Below are positions 56,939 through 64,000 of a stretch of DNA of 64,000 nt, piece by piece. Position 1 is the first letter of the stretch. Each line of letters starts with the position of its first letter. Position numbers and translations under genes: made by a program. Under the pieces are notes generated by a model. That model saw only the letters and a list, made by a program, of their open reading frames with translations. It had not been told where the DNA came from and made no database searches. Location: NCBI GenBank assembly GCA_963818155.1, contig CAWFRC010000001.1, positions 7,730 to 71,729 on the forward strand, read 5' to 3'. The DNA is from an uncultured Alphaproteobacteria bacterium (GTDB taxonomy: Bacteria > Pseudomonadota > Alphaproteobacteria > Rhizobiales > Xanthobacteraceae).

Positions 56939-59020
56939 ATGGATAATAGTGGAGGCTCGCCGCCGTCGAATGGTCCTACGGCAGGCAAAGCGATCAACGG
57001 CGCCAACGGGACCCAGCGCAACGGAGCCAGCGGCACGAGCACAGCCAATGGCACGAACGGAGGTGGCGCGGCAAACGGAGCCGGCGTCGTAAACAGCAGC
57101 AGCGTCGCAAATACCACCAAGGTTGCCGCGAACGCCGGCAGTGTCGTCGCGAACGGTGGCAAGCCTGCCAACGGCGGCAAGCCCGCGAACGGAGCCAAGC
57201 CCGCAAACGGCAGCAATGGCGGACAAGGAGGCAACGGCGCCAAAGCCGGCGCCAAGGCCGCGCTGCAACAGCGAGCCGCCGACCGCGAATTTCAAAACGT
57301 ACTCGGCAAGACGATCGAGATCGCCCGGCGCAAGATCGTCGTTGTTGGCATCTTCTCGCTCGCAGCCAATCTGCTGCTGCTGGCGATGCCGATCTATCTC
57401 TTCCAGCTGTCGGACCGCGTCTATACGAGCCGCAGCACCGATACCCTGGTCATGCTGTCCGTGGTGGTGGTCGGCGCGATCGCCGCCTACGTCTTTCTCG
57501 ACATGATGCGCCGGCTCATCCTCACGCGAATCGCGGTCGAGACGGAATCGAGGCTCGGCGCCCCGGTCCTCAGCGCCGCCGCCAAAGGCGCGCAAAGCGG
57601 CATAAGCCGCGATTTTCAGACGCTGGGCGACCTGCAGCAACTGCGTGCATTCATCACTGGGCCGGTGATCCTGATGATGCTGGATGCCCCGGTTGCACCG
57701 TTCTATTTGCTCGCTGTTTACATGATTCATCCGCAGCTCGGCATGATCGTCACCGTGACCGGCGTTGCCCTTATGGTCATCGCGCTTCTTAACCAGAAGC
57801 TCACCGCCGTCCCGTTTGCGCAGGCCAACACCTATGCGACGCGCGCGAATCTTGCCTCCGATGCCATGGCGCGCAATGCGCAGGTGATGAACGCCATGGG
57901 GATGATTCCCGAAGGCGTGCAAATTTGGGGGCGGGAAACCGCGGAGTCGCTTAAGGCACATGTGACCGCCCAGGATCGCAACACTTATCTTGCGGGCATT
58001 TCGAGGATGGTGCGGCTCTGCACCCAGGTCGCAATCCTCGGCTGGGGAGCTTGGCTCGCGCTGCACGACGAACTGACTGGCGGCATGGTAATCGCCGCTT
58101 CGATCGTGGCGAGCCGGGCGCTGGCCCCGCTCGAGGGCACGATCGAAGGCTGGCGCGGCTTCATTCACGCGCGCTCGGCTTGGGCGCGCATCAAAGCGCT
58201 GCTGCAGAATTCGCCGTTGAATGTCGAGCGGCTGCGACTGCCCAATCCGAGCGGCCGGCTTACGGTCGAGCGGATTTTGTATGTGCCGCCGCCGAGTAAG
58301 AAAGTTGTCCTCAATGGCGTCTCGTTCGAGCTGGAGCCCGGGGAATCCCTGGCGATCGTCGGGACTTCGGGCGCCGGCAAGTCGACGCTGGCGCGTATGC
58401 TGGTCGGATCGATCACGCCCACTGCGGGCAACGTCCGGCTCGACTGGATGGATTTGCGCAACTGGGATCCGCGCCAGTTCGGCGAAAGCGTCGGCTACCT
58501 GCCCCAGGACGTGCAGCTGTTCCCGGCGAGCATCAAGGCCAATATTGCGCGCATGCGCGAGGACGCCACTGACACGGCGATTTTCGAGGCCGCCGAGCTC
58601 GCCGACGTCCACGAGATGATTTCTCAGTTCCCGGCCGGTTATGAGACGCAGGTTCTGATCGACGGCAGCCCGCTGTCCGGCGGCCAGAAGCAGCGCATCG
58701 GTCTCGCCCGCGCCTTCTTCGGCAGTCCGCGGCTGGTCGTTCTCGACGAGCCGAACTCCAACCTCGACGCCGCCGGCGAGATGGCGCTTGCCCGCGCGCT
58801 CAGTCGAGCCAAAGACAAGAAAATTACCATCGTTGCGATCACGCAGCGGCCGTCATTGCTGCAAAGCGTCGACCGCATCATGATCATCAAGGACGGCACC
58901 ACGCAGACCATCGGCAAGCGCGATGAGATCATCCCGCTGTTGAACGGCCGCCCGCCGAATGCCAACGGTTCGCCTCCGCCGGCAAATACGACCAATGGAA
59001 AACCTCGTCTCGAAGCTTAA
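56939..59020 (+). CDS. Type I secretion system ABC transporter (PrtD family) with ~118-aa Asn/Gly/Ala-rich N-terminal extension
   Basis: TMD plus NBD (GTSGAGKST, LSGGQKQR, VVLDEPNS). No C39 domain. No in-frame ATG/GTG/TTG between codon 1 and the first TM helix. Confidence 0.9.
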   Translation: MDNSGGSPPSNGPTAGKAINGANGTQRNGASGTSTANGTNGGGAANGAGVVNSSSVANTTKVAANAGSVVANGGKPANGGKPANGAKPANGSNGGQGGNGAKAGAKAALQQRAADREFQNVLGKTIEIARRKIVVVGIFSLAANLLLLAMPIYLFQLSDRVYTSRSTDTLVMLSVVVVGAIAAYVFLDMMRRLILTRIAVETESRLGAPVLSAAAKGAQSGISRDFQTLGDLQQLRAFITGPVILMMLDAPVAPFYLLAVYMIHPQLGMIVTVTGVALMVIALLNQKLTAVPFAQANTYATRANLASDAMARNAQVMNAMGMIPEGVQIWGRETAESLKAHVTAQDRNTYLAGISRMVRLCTQVAILGWGAWLALHDELTGGMVIAASIVASRALAPLEGTIEGWRGFIHARSAWARIKALLQNSPLNVERLRLPNPSGRLTVERILYVPPPSKKVVLNGVSFELEPGESLAIVGTSGAGKSTLARMLVGSITPTAGNVRLDWMDLRNWDPRQFGESVGYLPQDVQLFPASIKANIARMREDATDTAIFEAAELADVHEMISQFPAGYETQVLIDGSPLSGGQKQRIGLARAFFGSPRLVVLDEPNSNLDAAGEMALARALSRAKDKKITIVAITQRPSLLQSVDRIMIIKDGTTQTIGKRDEIIPLLNGRPPNANGSPPPANTTNGKPRLEA

Positions 59021-59050
59021 ACAGCAAAGAAGACCAGCAGGGGACGTCAT

Positions 59051-60389
59051 ATGGCAGGCGCAGTGATAGCGACTCGCGAGTGGTATGCGGATGTTCCGCG
59101 CCGCACGCACGTGCCAACCTCGGCGGGCATCATTTCGATGGTCTTGTTCGTGGTGGGATTTGGCTATTGGTCGAATACGGCTCTCATCGCTGGCGCGGTG
59201 ATCACCTCGGGCGCCTTCGTGACGACGGGCCAAAACAAGATCATTCAGCATCTGGAAGGCGGCGTCATCCGCGACATCCTCGTGCGCGAAGGCGACATCG
59301 TCGAGCCGGGCCAGACCCTGATCCAGCTTGACCCGACCGCTCCGCGATCGGAGCTTGACCGGCTGACCCTGCGTCACATGCGCTCTGAGGCAATGGAGGC
59401 GCGTCTTGTCGCCGAGATCCGCAACGAGCCGCAGGTGACATTTCCCGCCGACCTGTCGGCGCGGCGCAACGACACGGACATCAAATCCCTCGTCGGCGCC
59501 CAACAGCTCACGTTCGACGCCTGGCGCAAGAATTCTTGAAGCGGATATCGCCGCGTTGCAGGACGGCATAAGTGCTATCAAAGAGCGGATGAACGCGTCG
59601 CAAACGCAGAAGAAAGCGGTCGGGCACCAGATCGAGTTGATCGAAGAAGAACTCGCCAACAAGAGCGCGCTGTTGCCATCGGGTCTGGTGCGCAAGCCGG
59701 AAATCCTCGCCCTGCAGCGTGCCCAGGCTGCTCTGCAAGGCGAAATCGGCAAACTGGACGGCGAAATGGGCGAAGCCAAAGAGCAGATTGCCAAGACCGA
59801 GCAGCAGATCGTCGGTTTGCGCACGTCAGCGATCAAAGAGGCTGTCGAGCAGCTCCATCAAACCCGCGCGGAGATTGCCGACTTTCGCGAGCGCATTCGC
59901 ACCCAGCAAGGGATACTCGATCGCGTGAGCATCGCCGCGCCGGTGCGCGGTATTGTCGTCAAGTTGAGGTATCACACCACCGGGGGTGTCATCGAGCCCG
60001 GCAAGAACATCATGGAAATCCTGCCGCTGCGGGATAATTTGGTAATCGAAGTGCGCGTGCGTCCGCAGGATATCGATCACGTCAAAATCGGGCAGGAAGC
60101 GTCGATCCGTCTGACGGCACTCAACCGCCGCACCACGCCGACGCTGACCGGCAAAGTGCTCTATGTCTCTGCCGATGCGCTGCCGGATGATCTTCAGACC
60201 GTCCAGGGCCGCGAGGTTTACGTCGTCCGGATCGCGCTCGACGAAGAGCAGCCCCCGCCGATGCAAAATTTCAAGCCCAAACCCGGCATGCCGGCCGAGG
60301 TGTATATCAAGACCGCCGAGCGCACGTTTTTCGAATATCTGATGCAGCCGATCCGCGATAGCATGGCGCGTGCCTTCCGCGAATCGTGA
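59051..60389 (+). pseudogene. HlyD family T1SS periplasmic adaptor, interrupted by one frameshift at ~59531-59540
   Basis: ORF 59051..59539 holds the TM anchor and first lipoyl half. The frame of ORF 59556..60389 continues LEADIAALQDG... with the coiled coil, beta-barrel and C-terminus. Confidence 0.8.
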
Positions 60390-60926
60390 TTAAAACTGGT
60401 GCTGGTAACCCTCGACGCTCAACGGTTCCATCAGTTGCGCATCGAAGTAGCGCGACCACAGCGCGGATCTGATCTCGCGCTCGGCGGGGGGAGAAGCCGA
60501 GTGTTCCTCATCGAGCCGCTGGCTTTGCGGCACCGCCGCATCGAGCGCCTGAATGAACGACTCAGCGTTGCGGCATCCAGATATGAACCGGCTGTCGTTG
60601 GAAGCGCTGAGAAAGCACATCTCCTCGCCAACGAGATCGCCGGGCATCCCGGTAATGTCCGCCCAGGCACCGGCTTGCACCGCCGCCAGATCGTCGGTGT
60701 CGAGCGCCCCGATGTGGTACGTCGCGATGGACGTGATCAGCATGCCGAGAAAGCCGATCACATAAGGATCGTGCCATGCCGCATCGGGGATATTGCCTAA
60801 GCGCAGCCGAGTACCGTCAAGAAGCGGAATAATTTGAGCGACCGCAGCGCGACGCCCCCGATAAGTCTTCCACAAGCCAAACACTTTACGCTCCGTCGCC
60901 GAATGACGCCGACCCACCCGGCCCAA
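60390..60926 (-). CDS. Hypothetical protein, convergent with and abutting the T1SS adaptor gene
   Basis: Coding-like codon usage on reading. Only a TTG start at the ORF edge. Its stop codon directly abuts the hlyD stop (tgatta). Confidence 0.5.
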   Translation of the reverse strand: MGRVGRRHSATERKVFGLWKTYRGRRAAVAQIIPLLDGTRLRLGNIPDAAWHDPYVIGFLGMLITSIATYHIGALDTDDLAAVQAGAWADITGMPGDLVGEEMCFLSASNDSRFISGCRNAESFIQALDAAVPQSQRLDEEHSASPPAEREIRSALWSRYFDAQLMEPLSVEGYQHQF

Positions 60927-61028
60927 CCAGACGGGCCGCTTCTATTTAACGCTGAATTTGCTTATATCTATTAAAGTATTCTCGTTCATTATGCCACTGC
61001 GTTCGCTGGTGCGCTGATTTCGAGACGC

Positions 61029-61637
61029 TTGATTGCGATCGCCGTTCGAATGAGGGTGCCTGTGTCCCAACTGCCGCCAAAGCCCGACTTTGCCGCCATC
61101 GAAGCCGCTGCGCACGGTTCGGCGAACCGCCGCACGTTTATCATGGCACTGATCGGCAACCTGGTTTACAGCTGGGCGAACAACGAAAGCATGTTCATCT
61201 ACGTGTTGATGATTCTGATGAACACCGATGAGCCTTCGGCCGCGGTGGTGTTCACCACTCTCAACACGACCCGAGCGCGCCTTGATCTGGTCGAGCGGCT
61301 GGCAAGGATCAAAATCGGGGACAAGTCCATCCAAAAAGCGCTCGAACGCATCATCGGGCAGTTCAACGAATTGACCAAGCTGCGCAACGAATTCAATCAC
61401 TGTATGTACACGCTCAATGAACGCGGCGAGATCACGCACACCCATTCGATCCGCATGCAGGACGTCAAGGGAAAGCTGCAACTCGGCGTTATTCGCAAAA
61501 TGGACGATGCCCGGATCAACGACATACTCGCGGCGGTCCGCGATATGACCAAGCTCAATCGTGAAATCTGGGACTTCCTCCCTCGGCTGCAAAGCAGCCT
61601 CCAGGCGTCGCCAAACGATCCCTCTCAAAAGTCGTAA
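61029..61637 (+). CDS. Hypothetical protein with HEPN-like R-N-x3-H motif
   Basis: Coding-like codon usage. KLRNEFNH (61382-61399) fits Rx4H with Asn after Arg. Start uncertain (61029/61050). Confidence 0.6.
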   Translation: MIAIAVRMRVPVSQLPPKPDFAAIEAAAHGSANRRTFIMALIGNLVYSWANNESMFIYVLMILMNTDEPSAAVVFTTLNTTRARLDLVERLARIKIGDKSIQKALERIIGQFNELTKLRNEFNHCMYTLNERGEITHTHSIRMQDVKGKLQLGVIRKMDDARINDILAAVRDMTKLNREIWDFLPRLQSSLQASPNDPSQKS

Positions 61638-61713
61638 AGCGATGTTCCTGCCGCGCTGATTGCCAATCTCGATGGCCGGCGCTTCTGCCCCCTACCCGGC
61701 CGCAGTCGTTCCT

Positions 61714-62172
61714 TCAGCACAGCGTATCGATCTTGGGCGGCTCCTCAATACCGACGAGGAAATCACGCGGTCTTTTGTCCTGCAAGCACGCGCAAGCTGA
61801 CGCCAGCATGCGTCCGCGCGCGCCCTCGATCATCTGCGCCACGGCTCTCAACATCTCGGCAGTGGTCTCAAGATTGGCCACCGTCTCTTCGAAGCCGTCG
61901 AAGGCTTGCGCGCTGTGAATCTTGACCAATTGGTCCTTGGTGAGATGCATGATCGAGTAAGCGGTGCGCGAAACCTCTGCGGCCACACACATGCTCTCGT
62001 CAGAAGGAAACGGCGCCTCACTTGAATTGTCTTGCGTCCAGGGGACCCAGTCCAATTTGGCGTAAGCGCGCAACTTTGCGGAATGGGCGCTTTTCTTGGG
62101 CCTGATACCCGGCCGGGCACTGCTCGAGCGCTCCCAGGCAGTGCGAAACCGCTTGACGTCCGTTATCGACAT
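61714..62172 (-). CDS. Hypothetical protein
   Basis: 152-aa ORF with no competing ORF. No family recognised. Confidence 0.45.
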   Translation of the reverse strand: MSITDVKRFRTAWERSSSARPGIRPKKSAHSAKLRAYAKLDWVPWTQDNSSEAPFPSDESMCVAAEVSRTAYSIMHLTKDQLVKIHSAQAFDGFEETVANLETTAEMLRAVAQMIEGARGRMLASACACLQDKRPRDFLVGIEEPPKIDTLC

Positions 62173-62856
62173 TTAATCCCCCTCACTCGGTACGAGATGA
62201 ACCGCGAAGGGAATGCCGTTCAGTGTTTTTGTGCTATACAGTACGTCGGTCATAGCGCTCCGCAGGAAGAAGCGTGGTGGCAAGTCCCGACGGGCTGGGC
62301 CAACAGCCCGTCGGGGCGCTAAGACTGACCGATTTGGGTGGCCATGTCTAGGAGGGCGTCGCCCTAAAGATTGACGGCATTTTGTTGTTGATGCGACATA
62401 GCGGGCTATTTCAAGTTTCTACCAACAAACGGCCCCAATAATGCTGGTATGGCGCCACGCCGAGTGACGAAAAAGGCGGCGCCGAAATCTCCCAGAATGG
62501 GTCGAGTTGACTTTTTCACCGGCCGCCTCTGTGTTTGGAGGCCAATCAAGTCATATCAAAATACCTCTGACGCAGATGCGCGGCGCTCCTTATAACGTCG
62601 TCGTCCGATACTCGCTTTGCCGCCGCGGGCTTATTTTCGCACGGCCACTTCGTGTCGACGCTCGGGAGTCTCTGTCAGCATCAGAGAACCCTTTACAGTT
62701 TGGCAAACGTTCGGCGCGACACTAGCTGACGATGACAATCGGTCTTGGCAACTGCAGACGGTGATAATCGCTCTGACGAGATTGCCTGGCGTTTTATCAT
62801 CGCGCCTGAGGAGATTATTCCGCGCGCGGCGCTGCGCAGCCTGACGGAGCTTCGAC

Positions 62857-63429
62857 ATGCCTTCCGTTGTGGCAACAACAAACGCGGACCTCAAGGCCTG
62901 CCTCGTCAGACTGAGGCGCATCGGCGACGCTGCAAGCGAGATCGTCGAAAGGCAGGACCGAACCGATATTCCGGCGGTCGGCGACGTCATTGAGGTAGCG
63001 GTTGCCGAGGCAACAGTACCGGCGCGTGTCGTCCAAGTCAGAGCTGCGGGCGCGGGGCAAATCATCACCATTGAAGCCGATGAATTATCCGGCAGCTACA
63101 TTTGGGACACCTTCACCGCCCTAGCGCAACACGAGGCCGGCGAAAGCGCCCACAGCGCCCGTCACGGTGTCACGCCGATGAAGCCGCATCTGGCGTTTAG
63201 CGCCACGCTGAATTTGGTCCGGCAATGTCATGCGTTGGCGAGAGAAGCCTTGGAACGACCGAAACCCGATCTGAGAACCGCCTTGCGTCACATGCGCGTT
63301 GCGCGCAGGGCTGGTTGGCTGGCATTTCCCTACATCGAAGACGAGGAACTGCGGCGACGGATCGTGAGCTACAAGCCGATGTCGGCGGCGGAATGGCAAC
63401 AGCTTTGGCCACCGCACGCCGGCCAATGA
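62857..63429 (+). CDS. Hypothetical protein
   Basis: 190-aa ORF. No family recognised. Confidence 0.45.
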   Translation: MPSVVATTNADLKACLVRLRRIGDAASEIVERQDRTDIPAVGDVIEVAVAEATVPARVVQVRAAGAGQIITIEADELSGSYIWDTFTALAQHEAGESAHSARHGVTPMKPHLAFSATLNLVRQCHALAREALERPKPDLRTALRHMRVARRAGWLAFPYIEDEELRRRIVSYKPMSAAEWQQLWPPHAGQ

Positions 63430-64000
63430 AGCCGCACTCATCAACATGCGCCGCTGGCTTTTTCTTGAAGACGACAAATTGCCGATTCGGCGACGGCATC
63501 CATCGGCGGTGGGGGCACTCGCAAGTCAATCCCCCTACTTGGGGGATTTATAGTCATGCGATTTCGGTGCTGACATAGACGTCACCTCCGCTAAAGGGGT
63601 CGAGCGACCGATAATTCGGCTTGACGCGCTCATAGAGCTTTCGGCCGCATTTCGGTCGCTTCGCTCCTCCCGAACTCAGGACGGCGAGGACCAGACGCCG
63701 ATGGGCGTCCCCGAACTACCTTGAGCGGTCGGTGACGCCGCTCGCCCCTCGCAAATTTTGCACATGTGCGGCTTCGGACGCGTTATCGACCGCCTCCGGC
63801 CTTCCCGGCGCCGGCCATAAAGCCTTCCGCGCGCGATTTTCACGCGGGGAAGCGCTTCCGCCGACAGGTATGCCCCCAATGAGGAAGATTTTCCTGTGGG
63901 CCGGTCCGGGAGAAACGGCAATTGAGAAAATCCGACGCTTTCCGTGCTTTTAAAGCCCGCGCGGCTTTGTTATAGGCAACGGACTTACACGTGAGAGCGC

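Noticed and set aside
56903-58612. 569-aa ORF on the minus strand
   Set aside because: It is antisense to the T1SS ABC transporter and has no recognisable motifs. It is a high-GC shadow ORF.

Overview
High-GC chromosomal window from an alphaproteobacterium, probably Hyphomicrobiales. Taxon is inference from gene content (divK-pleD, PopZ-like, EipB-like, pcm-tolC) and a Bradyrhizobium/Rhodopseudomonas-style palindromic intergenic repeat. Layout: 0-19 kb is core housekeeping: rnr 3' end, Nudix, rpmG, divK-pleD, dinB, RidA, GDPD, HIT, PopZ-like, tolC, pcm, tRNA-Cys. 19.2-23.3 kb, just after tRNA-Cys, is an AT-richer islet of small secreted proteins with no integrase. 23.4-46.3 kb is a paralogue-rich catabolic/transport region: 4 MBL-fold lactonase-like hydrolases, 2 MmgE/PrpD, 2 SDR, LysR, LacI, and a Liv-type and a sugar-type ABC importer, each with fused subunits. 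48.7-60.9 kb is the most unusual part. It holds a PrtD/HlyD-type type I secretion pair preceded by two Asn/Gln/Gly-rich non-RTX repeat proteins. The ABC protein has a matching Asn/Gly-rich N-terminal extension. The locus also carries an orphan LapG-like BTLCP protease and two regulators lacking phospho-acceptor or sigma54-contact motifs. 60.4-64 kb holds hypothetical genes, including a HEPN-like Rx4H protein. At least five genes are interrupted by a single frameshift, all of the same class (downstream frame displaced by +1 nt). Assembly indel error must be excluded before calling them pseudogenes.
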